A DNA stretch of 64,000 bases from the NCBI RefSeq assembly GCF_028641065.1, contig NC_073392.1, forward strand, positions 19,592,001 to 19,656,000, written 5' to 3'. This stretch comes from Leucoraja erinacea. Taxonomy: Eukaryota. Of this stretch, positions 25,713 through 37,600 are shown in pieces; position 1 is the first letter of the stretch, and each line of letters opens with the position of its first letter. The notes under the pieces were generated by a model, which saw only the letters and a program-made list of their open reading frames with translations, ran no database searches and was not told the DNA's origin. A program made the translations under genes and the position numbers.

Positions 25713-27273
25713 CAGTGCCCTCCATAATGTTTGGGACAAAGACCTATCATTTATTTATTTGCCTGTACTGCACAATTTGAGATTTGTAATAGAAAAAAAA
25801 TCACATGTGGTTAAAGTGCACAATGTCAGATTTTAGTAAAGGCCATTTTTATACATTTTGGTTTCACCATGTAGAAATTACAGCAGTGTTTATACAGTCG
25901 CCCCTCCATTTCAGGGCACCATACTGTTTGGGACACATGGCTTCACAGGTGTGTTTAATTGCCTCCTTAATGCAGGTATAAGAGCTCTCAGCGCCTAGTA
26001 TTTCCTCCCTTTGGAAACTTTTATTGCTTGTTTATCAACAAAGTTGTGCCAATGAAAGTCAAAGAAGCCATTATGAGACGGAGAAACAAGAATAAAACTT
26101 AGAGACATCAGCCAAACCTTAGGCTTACCAAAACCAACTGTTAGGAACATCATTAAGAAGAAAGAGAGCACGGGTGAGCTTAGTCATCGCAAAGGGACTG
26201 GCAGGCCAAGGAAGACCTCCACAGCTGATGACAGAAGAATTCTCGCTATAATAAAGAAAAATCCCAGAACACCTGTCCGACAGATCAGAAACACTCTTCA
26301 GGTGTGAATTTGTCAATGACCACTGACCGCAGAACAGAAATACAGAGGCTACACTGCAAGATGCAAATCACTGGTTAGCTGCAAAAATAGGATGGCCAGT
26401 TAGTTTGCCGAGAAGTACTTAAGAGCAACCACAGTTCTGGAAAAATGTCTTGTGGACCAACGAGACGAAGATTAACTAATATCAGAACAAAATATGGAGG
26501 AAAGAAGGAACTGCCCAAGATCCAAAGCATACCATCTCATTTGTGAAACACAGTGGTGGGGGTGTTATGGCCTGGGCATGTATGGCTGCTGAAGGTACAG
26601 GCTCACTTATCTTCAGTGGTGATACAACTGCTGATGGTGGTAGCATAATTAATTCTGAAGCGTATAGACACATCCTATCTGCTCAAGTTCAAACAAATGC
26701 CTCAAAACTCATTGCACGGCAGTTCATTCTACAGCAAGACAATGATCCCAAACATACTGCTAAAGCAACAAAGGAGTTTTTCAAAGCTACAAAATGGTCA
26801 TTTCTTGAATGGCCAAGTCAATCACCCAATCTGAACACAATTGAGAATGCCTTTTATATGCTGAAGAGAAAACTGAAGGGGACTAGCCCCCAAAACAGGC
26901 ATAAGCTCAAGATGGCTGCAGACCATCACCAGAGAAGACGCCCAGCAACTGGTGATGTCCATGAATTGCAGACTTCAAGCAGTCATTGCATGCAAAGGAT
27001 ATGCAACAAAATACTAAACATGATTACTTTCATTTACATTACATTGCTGTGTCCTAAACATTATGGTGCCCTGAAATGGGGGGACTATGCATAAACACTG
27101 TTGTAATTTCTACATGGTGAAACCAAAATGTATAAAAATGGCTTTTATTAAAATCTGACAACGTGCACTGTAACCACGTGTGATTTTTTTTCTATTACAA
27201 ATCTCAAATTATGAAGTACAGAGGCAAATAAATAAATTATGGGTCTTTGTCCTAAACATTATGGAGGGCACTG
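25713..27273 (+). mobile_element. Tc1-family DNA transposon, IR/DR type, full length, inactive transposase
   Basis: TA|CAGTGCCCTCCATAATGTTTGGGACA ... TGTCCTAAACATTATGGAGGGCACTG|TA; about 225-bp TIRs with inner DRs; VKHSGGGVMAWAC, LQQDNDPKH, WPSQSPNLNTIEN; frameshifted. Confidence 0.95.
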
Positions 27274-28374
27274 TAGCTTCTCCAGCAGTCTGACTATCAT
27301 GGCTGAAGCAGTACGAGAGATTATACACCTAGGCACCTTATAAATCTATGGAACATATCTAAAGTTTGTGCACCTGTATTTTACAGTAATGCAAGCTCAA
27401 CAACAGTGAAGGATGATATACACCAACAATGGTCTGTGTAAGCCGATTACTAACCGACTCCTAATAAGACCTAGGATCCACATGAATGTTCCCTAATCTC
27501 AGCTGGACCACGCAGAAAGTTTAATGGATCTTGTGCTAATATCGCAGGAAGAGGCACAATTGCAGCTTATGTCAAACAAATTAAAAAGCATCCTGAGCAA
27601 AAAAAACTCTGCATCTGCACTCTCATATCTTAAAAAGCATCCAAGATTGTAAATCCAATGCAATGGTTATACATCTTCATCACTGTGGCTTTGCCAACAC
27701 AACTGAGATTACTCAAGTTTGAATGATTCAACAGATCTAATAAACCAGTCTTTTATGTCAAGTTTTCCTCCCAGGAAATCTCAGACACACTTCTTAGGTA
27801 TCTCCTGGTTTTTTTCAATGCAACACACTTTTCACATGGGAGCTAGTGAACCTTGAGATTGTATCATGTGAACTATATCCAGAAGTCATGGACCAAATTA
27901 GCCTGCCCATTATTAAAATAATGCAATCCAGAAACTACCTGGGTTGGCATGCAATTTTCAACAGAATTAATGGATAGGTTTATGCCAGCCATTTAGCAAC
28001 AGGACATACTAACAGTGGCAAGGCCACGCACGTTTCATTTAATGCCTTATGAGTAGAGTAGGTCACGAGTGGTAGTAGGAAAGACTTACTTCCCTTTGCA
28101 CTATCCAGTTTGCTCTCCTTTATCAACACTAGGTAGGAGTCAGAGCTGTTAAGGTGGGGCAGCAGGATACAGCCTAAACTGCACTGGCAGCAGAAACAGA
28201 GAAGTCATGCAAAGGCAACATTGAGGCAGCTGACCTGTAAATGCCTGCCAGAATGATCATGAGGTTCTGGAACAGAAAAGTAAAACGCAAAAGACAAAAT
28301 AAATAACATTTCACACAGAGGTTAGTTATGAAGGCAAGGCATCTTGTTCAGATCCTTTTGGTTTACTTTCTTTT

Positions 28375-28602
28375 CTAGCTGAGGTCCATTATTTCTGTAC
28401 TAGCCACTGATGTGTTGTCCTTCTGAATACTTTCAAAAATGGATGCCATTTCGGGGTTGGATCTGATCTGCGACTGGAATTCTGCCATCAGCGCACTCTT
28501 CTCAGCTTCTGGGATCGTGAGCAGAGCTGCTACTGCCCTCATCGCCGAGCGTTTCAGCTCATCCTGCTTTTCAAATTCCTGTTTCACTGAGTTAGCCTTC
28601 AC
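28375..28602 (-). CDS. CAND2: CAND exon 15 (stop)
   Basis: [28 protein letters not shown]...EIMDLS*. Confidence 0.93.
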   Translation of the reverse strand: MKANSVKQEFEKQDELKRSAMRAVAALLTIPEAEKSALMAEFQSQIRSNPEMASIFESIQKDNTSVASTEIMDLS

Positions 28603-31600
28603 CTAAAGGAAAGGGGAAACAGGATTTATATAATCTCAAATACAGCTGTGCAGAAACAGCCAGTTTTACACGTCATACTTGGGTCATGATAAACATTTGT
28701 AAACTATTGCTTGGAACAGCTCTGGGAATGCTATGGCAAAGAAATTTGCTCAGCTGACACCAGGAATGACACACTTCAATTTGGAGATTAAAGAAACATT
28801 TTTTCCTTAGAAAATTGTGTTCCAAGTGGAAATCCAACAGAGGCGTCGGAAATTGAAGATTTCCCATGCAATAAATAGTGGACATTTATCATTGCAAGAC
28901 CTAACAGAAGGCAGGAGTTTTTATTTTTATTTTCACCAACGATCTATGAAATATCCTAATAGAGAGTTTTTTTTCCTTTTCACCATCAATTTACAGGCAA
29001 TGAAAGGTCCTATTAATAGAGAGAGAGATGTTGAAATAGAATCCATATCATGGATTTGGAATAGCACTGGAAATTAGAGCGGAAATTAGCAGTATGAGAC
29101 TAAGCGGGCAGGCTGAGAAAAGTAAACCTTGACTATCACTGCACAAAGCCAGTTGCAAATGAAAATTAGGCTTCTCATCGTAACTTGCAGGTCAGACATA
29201 AATGAAAATCCACTGTCTCGATCTTTAAAAACAACAAATACAACAAACTAAATATATCACTGCTGTGTATTCTAGGATTGTATTGGGCCAAGTAAATTAG
29301 GAAGGGAGATTAGACCAAAAATCAGAGGGAACAGTCCGTCCCTTCCCTCCCATATATATTGAAAAAAATAGAGGAATGGAAACCTCACATCCAATTTCAA
29401 TGATGTGGTAGAATATCACCCTGATCTTGGTCAAATACATGAACATAGCATGCTGCATTATTATTCTGGGAATGAAAGGGAGAGGTTAGGGGAGGAATGA
29501 CAGAAGTGGGATAGACAAGGCCTACCACATTATGAGGAATAACTTGGTCAAAGAAAAAGATTCAGCAGCATGGAATAGAAAGATAGATCATCAGAATGGG
29601 TGATATCATTGTGAAAATTGGAGAATATAGCAGTTCTCTTCCAGCTGGCAAGGCAGGAGTGAATGGGCTCATAGTGGATGCTGGTTAATGCACTAGCTCC
29701 ATAAGTGGAGATAGCAGAGCATGTAAAGAGTTGTAGATGGCTATGGCAAAATGGAAAGGGTGAAAATGGGGAAAAAAAGATTGTGGCAAAAGCAGGAAAT
29801 GGCAGCAAATGCCATTGGAAGAGTGCATAGTGGGCTTGCAACTGGGAATATCCACTAATCCCACGAAAGAGATAGGTGTTTATAACAGTAGTGTTTAGAA
29901 AGGCACAGTGATTGGAGAGCTAGCTCATTAAAACAGGAGGACGGAGACTGGCTGAGGGTATAAAAAGACTGGACATTCATGGAGAAAATGGAAATTTGAC
30001 ACCTTTTAAAATGACCGCTGATGTTGAAAGATTTCCTTGAAAAGACTGCACCGGGGGAAAATTGAATGGGAAAATTATGTAATACAAAGCAAAAACTAAT
30101 ACAGCCTTGAGGTTTGTGCTGGAGAACTACATGTTTGGAGGGGCTAGGTTTGTGTGTCATAGACCAAAGTAATGCAGAAAGTGGCGTCAACTGATGTGTA
30201 CATACAATGAGAGTGTTACCACTGATCTACAGCTATCCCATGAGAATATATGTCATAATCATACTTTATTAGCCAAGTATGTTTTGGAACATACGAGGAA
30301 TTTGATTTGCCACTGCCATACCATTAAAAAGCAACAACACACAAAATACATTTTAACATGAACATCCACCACAGTGACTCCTCCACATTCCTCACTGCGA
30401 TGGAAGGCGAAGAAAAAGTTCAATCTCTTCCCTTTGTTCTCCTGCGGTCGGGGGCCTCGAGCCTTCCGTTGACGGGGCGATCTTGGCTCCCGTAACCGGT
30501 GGCGGGCCCTCTGCGTCGGGGCGATCAAGCTCCTGCATCGGGGGGGGGGGGGATGTCAGCTCCCCGCGCCAAGCGATCGGGCTCCGGGTCGGGGCTGGTT
30601 GAAACCTTCTGCGACTGGAGGTTTGTGACTTCGATCTCTACCCGAGACTGCGAGCTCCGCAGTGTTAAAATCAGTAGGCCGCGGTTGGAGCGTCGATCCC
30701 AGTAAAGGGATCAGTTCTAATGGTAAGTCCATGCCCCCGAGGTGTGGCTCAGTCAGTCCCGAGCAAGGCCTCCAGCTCCGTGATGTTAGGCCGCAGAGAT
30801 ACGATCCGGAAAACAATCACATCTCTGGTAAGGTGAGAGACTGAAAAAAAGTTTCCCCCAACACCTCCCCCACATAAAACAAACCAGAGAACATTAACAC
30901 AAACTTTTAAAACACACTAAAAATAACAAAGACAGACTGTTGGCGAGGCTGCCACCGGCAGCGCCCCCCCTGGTGGTATATGGAAGTCTACGTGTACGGA
31001 ATTCCAAAGTGAGACCAAGATCTTTGAAACCACATCCCTTAATATCCCAAATGGCTTTGCAGTTGTTCAGCAAGATGGGGAAGGAGGAATAATTAAAATC
31101 ATTCAGCACACAGCCTATTCATTCCAGTGGGTATGCACTTCTCTCCACTCATCTTTCAACACTTTTTGTTTCTCGTGGTGGGGTATAAAGTTATAAAGAT
31201 CTAATTCAGTAAGCATGCTGGTGGCCTAATATCTATGCAACTATTTTCTTAAACCACATTAAACATTCTAGATACCAATTCCAGTAAAAGACTCACCTTA
31301 GTAGTGCATGTTGCACGCAGTGGTTCTACAAGCCTGTCCAATCTCTGCAGAACTGCACTGGGACTGACAGTTGACAATCGTGCTAACATGATGAAAGTCA
31401 GCATCTGCAAGATAACAAAAAACAAATTAGAAAGTAAAATTCAGATTTACTGGATCGGATAGTAATGCAAGATGACTTAACATAGTCAATAATTAAAAGT
31501 TGGATTGCCGTGAGCATGGGCATCTGAACTTGAACAGGCACAGACTAGAGGGCTGATCACCACCTCTCTCTTGCAGGATATTCTAACAGTTCCAAGTACA

Positions 31601-34600
31601 ATTCCAAAACAAATCTTTAGTCATCCCTTGACGAGCAACTCTCCTGCACAGCTGTGTCCAACTGCAGCTCACCTGGCTTTCACAGATATGTCCATTTACC
31701 TTGATGTCATAATGATCCTTTAATCCATCTTCCACATGGTTCAGAAACTCAAAGATGTCCAACCGATCCAGGCAGCTATCCAACAAAGTGTACATGCATT
31801 CAAAGGCAGCTTTCCGAATATCAAGTCCATCATCCACTGTGTGTTTGAAAGGTCCCATTTCTACCTGGAGAGAGATTTAAAGAAACAAATAAGTAGAAAA
31901 TGGAAGTAAAAAAGTTGTTTAAAAAGAAATAGCACCCACCATTCGTGCTAAATCAGTTATTTTGAAGGAACAAAATAGAATGTACAGAATTACATGGCCA
32001 CAGTCCCAAACTCTTAACATATCCTCACAGTTCTCAATTTTGCAGCATAAGCTGTATAATTCTCAGACCAAACATAGAAGGTACAGCAGCAGAAATCAGT
32101 TACACCTCTTTTACATTGTAGAGATTTCTTGCAACTAAGGGAAGTGTAGCCGGGTTTAATTCAGCACATCCATGGTAATGAGAAGGGGATAATGGGTCTG
32201 TCCCACATAGGCGACTCTTTAGGCGACTGCCAGTGACTAGTTTTAATGGAGTTCACCTACGACACCTGGCGACAACCTACGGCAGCAAAATCTGTCGCCA
32301 CTGTCAGCGAAAAATGTTCAACATGTTGAAAAATTTGCAGCAGTCAACCGAAGTCACCCAAACAAAAAAAAAAATCGCCAAAGTGGGACAGGCCTATAAA
32401 ACTGCCTCCTCACTTACCTGCTCCAGAGCTACGTGCAATGGCAGTGCCTCAACCCACTTTGTTGTTGCAATTGGAGGACTGCAAGATCGAGAGTATTTGC
32501 CTTTTCAGAATAATATCCTCTATCTAGGCCTGTTCATCAGACAGCAGCCCATGGGGAACCCAGTAGGTCAGTTATAGAATATTAGGAATCAGAAGCTCCG
32601 GATTCAATTCCCACCCAAAGCACTTCAACATAATTCAGGTCGACACCTTGATGAAATACTTCAAAAACAGCAATGTAACCCTGAAGCCTGAGCCAACAAA
32701 TTGTTGCCTTGTCACAAAGTGGAACTAATTCTTGATTAGTAAGGATGTCAAGAGTTATGGAGAGAAGGCAGGAGAATGTGGTGGAGAGGGAAAGATAGAT
32801 CCGCCATAATTAATGGCAGAGTAGACTCGATGGGTCAAATGGCCTGATTCTGCTTCTTTGACTTATGACACAGTTTTGAAAAGCAAGTAGGTTTAGTAAG
32901 GTTTAAGAGGGAACTGCAGATGCTGGAGGATTGAATGTGGTACAGAAAAAAGCTGGAGAAATCAGATGCAGCAGCATCTATGAAATTAATGGCAGAGTTT
33001 CGGCCCGTCTGAAGATGGGTTTCAAACGTTGGCCTGATTCTCGCTTCTTTGATGCTTATGCACCCACAGTTTTCCAGCTTTTTTGTGTAACCTTAGGTTT
33101 TGTAGTGTCCTGGCCAACGTTTCTCCTTAACTCGTAATATACTAACAGATAATTGCTCATGGGATCTTACCTTGCACAAATTGAATACCGCATTTGGAAT
33201 GGTGTTCTGGTACCTTTACCCATAATGAACAAGCCTTCTGTGTGTCACACATCCTTTTTTCTCCAGAGAGGCTGCTGACCGCTGAGTTACTCCAGCACTC
33301 TGTGTCTACCTTCTGTGAGATGTGCTTACCTCTCTGATGAGCTCCTTTCTGACCTTGGTTTCCTTGTACAACTGTGGCAACACAGTCTCCAGCAAGTCCC
33401 TGATCAACGAAGGCTTGTTGTGAGCTGCACAGTTGAACATGACCAAGGCAACACGCCTAACATTGAGATCCGGGTCCTCCAGAGTCCGCAAGAAATCGCC
33501 TGAAAAATAAAATTACATTTTGCAGCTCAGCATAGTTTAAAATACCTTTTAAAAAGAAAATAATCTCCCTAATAGTTGGCAAGTTTCTGCAGTGTACAGA
33601 GTTGCAGAGTCTACCTAAACCTGCCAGCTAATGGCGAACAATATAAATCACTAACCATTTCCCTCAAACTGAGATTATCAATTAATTTCAATGAGAATTT
33701 GAACTACGAGTGGGTCTTGGCAGAGAGCTGGCATAGACTGCTCCATGACAAAGCAAGGTAGCTATGCTTCACATACATTTGTTTTGAACTGTAACATGGG
33801 ATTGACACACCATGTATTGAGCTCAGTAGATAGAAATCTGTCCTCACACTTAACAAGTATCATGGTGACAACTTGAATTTGAGAAGAGGCTTGCACTCAG
33901 CCCAATGCAAAGTTACTTGCCAAAATAAGCTAATTCTGGGGTTCATAGAATGATTACAGAATGGAAATCAGCTCTATCCAAGAGCAATTCAGCTAGCCCC
34001 ACTCTCCCATAGTCCTGCAAATTATTTCCTTTCAGATATGTATCTAACTATTTTTTTAATGTTACAATTGTATCTGCCCCCATTAGTACCTGTGTGGATA
34101 GATTCAAACCCCTAACCAGTCAGTGCATACAATAAACATTCTCTCTCAACTCTGCCCAAACCCTTCCAATTTCTAATCATTAAATATTCTTGCCACCCCT
34201 TTCCCCAGATTTTATAGTTTATCCAAAAATCTGAAGACCCATATACCAGAAATAATATTGGGAAATCTCTTCTGTAAAGCCTTCACATCTTTCCAAGAAT
34301 ATGTCTAGAAAGGGACACAATATTCTACTTGTGGCACAACCAGTGCTTTAAAGGTTTGGAATGTCTATCTCACTCTTGCATTCTATTCTTCTACTTGAGA
34401 ACTTCTGGGATCCTATGTGCATTCACATATCCTGTATCACAACAAAGAAATTACATCAAATTTCCAAATTTATTTGTATTGGATTGCATTACCTGAACAG
34501 AATTCACCAACAGATGTTAAATTTAGGACAGAGAATATACAAGTTAAGAATCACCAGATCATGTTAATGTTCAAGATGTTTACACCCTTGGCATTGAATA

Positions 34601-37600
34601 TTTTAAGGCAATCTAACCATTATTCGACACACCGAAACCGAAACAGATAGGTGCAAGTCTCCAGACTCTCCCCAAAAGCCAAAGGATTGCTGGCATTGGA
34701 GGACACGCATGGCTCAGTAAACTCAGGGGCCTGATACACTGATCAATTACAATTTCTCAGAAGCCAAGCATACTGGAAAAAATAAATTACAACGGTATAT
34801 GGTACAGAAGATAAATGGTGCGATTAATGCATCATAAGATATTTCCTATTCAGAAATCTCACCTATGCAGCTCTTTAGTAATGGGTCAATTGCTTGTGGA
34901 TGGTCTGAGATCGTAAACTTGACAGCAGTCACCACTGTGCTTCGTGCATAGGCAGAACCTACGGATGGCACAACGGAAAATTAAAAAGATGAAACACAAT
35001 GTACATCAATTTTTTTAATAAAACATATGACATTTTAAATACAAATCTGGGACAAATTCCTTCACAATTTCAGTTCGAACACAAATTTGGCTAAAGACTG
35101 ATAAAAAGCAGAAGTAGTGAGTTTAGGAAAAGAACAGGCAGACCGCTCACTCAACATTAATGGGCCATATTGGAAAACAATGGCTGTTAAACAAGTAAAC
35201 GTATTTCATTTTGAAACCACAAACAGATGAGCTTATTTTGACTCTTGGAAGCTCACAACTAAATCAAAGGTCTAAGAGAATCAACCAACTGTTATTTGAA
35301 AATAACCTGCAATTTGGGATTTTTGCTCAAAAACTAGGGATGCTGAATTGAGAGAAGCAAAGATAGATGAGAGACAAATACCTGATAAATCCCTGACGTA
35401 TAATTCAAAATCATAGGTAGACAAAAGTGCTGGAGAAACTCAGCTGGTGCAGTAGCATCTATGGAGCGAAGGAAATAGGCAATGTTTCTCCAGCACTTTT
35501 GTCTACCTTTGATTTTCCAGCATCTGCAGTTCCTTCTTAAATAATTCAGAATCATGTTTTGTATCGCAATTAACCAAAATGTATCAACCTGATATACACA
35601 ATTTGTGTTTCAGGATGTGGACACTGCTTACAGTGCCAGCATTTATTTTGAAAATCCCCAATTGCCCTGCAGGACTGGTGGCAAGAAACAATCTTATTGA
35701 ACTGTTTGAAATCCTTATGGGGAAAGGGGAAGGTAAAGAGTTCCAGTATTTAGACTATGTGAACTTGAAGGGCAAGTGATATATATCCGAGCCAGGATGG
35801 CATGTAACTTGGAGAGGAAACTTGGTGACAATGTTCCCCTGCACCTGCCGACTTTCTTTCTCTTGGTCATTGAGGTCAAAGGTTCGACTTGATTTCTCTT
35901 CATGGTTCATCCTAGTTCTGATATCTGCATTTATTATGCCCCACTGGGCTATAACAATATTGCTCAGTGATAAACTATGAGCATAGAAAGAACACGTGAA
36001 TTGCCTGGTTAGTGACAGAAGTTGGGCTTCCCGAGTAGCATTTACAGGAAGAAAACTCAGGTTAACATATTAACAATGAGGCATATATTCACCACTAGCA
36101 TTATTGCCCCCAAATCATTAATGTGTTGAATTTTCACCCCACGTTTTCTAGACCAACATTACATTCTGGAACTCAGCAATTCATTTGTCAGGTGCATTAA
36201 ACAGAACTCCAAAAAGGTACCTCAGGGTAATGCAGAAAACTCAAATGGCATTATTTTAAAGTCAAATGCAATCTTCCCGAGCAATTTGGTCCAATTGCTA
36301 ATCTTCAAATAGAATCAAGTCACTGACAAGCATCAGCCCAAGCTTTGAAATACATTTTACAGCAATCATGGTATTTTTGAACCATGTTGTGCACAATTTG
36401 ACTTAGATTTCTAACATGAAAACTAAAATTATATGTAGACGTACTTAATTGATTATAACACATGTTGGGATATCAATTGACCATGAAAAGCAGATATTTT
36501 CTCACCCCCCAAACGATATCACAGGCAATGATGGCCCAATTCTATGCAGCCATCGTAGAGTCTGTCCTCACCTTCTCCATCATGTTCTGGTTTGGCTCAG
36601 CCACCAAGCACGACATCCGGAGGCTGCAGCGAATCGTCCGATCAGCTGAGAAGGTTATTGGCTACCACCTTCCCCCCATTGATGAACTGTACACTGCAAG
36701 GGCCAGGAAGCGAGCGGGTAAGATCATCTCTGACCCCTCTCACCCTGGCCACAAACTCTTTGAATCACTTCCCTCTGGAAGGTGACTCTGGACTGTCAAA
36801 GCTGCCACGGCCAGACATAAAAAAGGCTTTTTTCCACGAGTAGTAGCTCTACTCAATAACCAAAAATCTGTAGCCTCTTTTTGCTCTGGTATTTTATTTA
36901 ATTCACATGTTTAATCAATAATGTTATATTACTCTACAATGTTTTATTATTAATGTTTAATGTTTTATGTGTCATTCCTAACTGTCACTGTATGTCGGTG
37001 TCAATTGCGGGCAGAGCACCAAGGCAAATTCCTTGTTTGTGAATACTTGGCCAATAAACTTATTCATTCATTTATTCATAAACTTATTCATTCATTCTGA
37101 TGCATCAGGTGCAACAAATTATTTCTATACTCACCAGATGTAAGTTGTTTCTTTAGCCTGGGTAGCAAGTGGGATGGATCAATGAGGGTTAACTTTCCTA
37201 AACATTCAGCCACCACATTACGAGTTCCTTCTTCAACGCACTCGCAGTTTTTGAACAGCAAAGCCCAAATGTCTTGAATGTAAGGTTTTAAACTGTCTGC
37301 TGAGGAAGAACTAATAACCTCTTTCAGCGAATGCAGCAACAAGTACTGACGCTTGGGCTGACCACTGATCTCCTTGAGAATGAAAGGAAGATAGTCACTG
37401 AGGTTTCCCACGCTGATGTTCCCTAATGCATAGGAAGCCGCCGACTTTACTTCTTCACTAGGTGATGAAAATGCTTCAAGAATGACCACCTTGAGCTCTT
37501 TGTGTGCACCCAAGTTCATGGTGCGGCCTATCTCACCCAAGGAAAGTAGAGCCAGCAAACGAACTGAGTCAGAGGATTTGGGATTCTTCACCTCTTGAAC

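Noticed and set aside
22931-28374. Possible ghrelin-like gene, expected near TATDN2 from human synteny
   Set aside because: No GSSFL/GVSFHP-like coding segment or signal-peptide exon was found by eye here or at 8165-9178. A tBLASTn with elasmobranch preproghrelin would be decisive.
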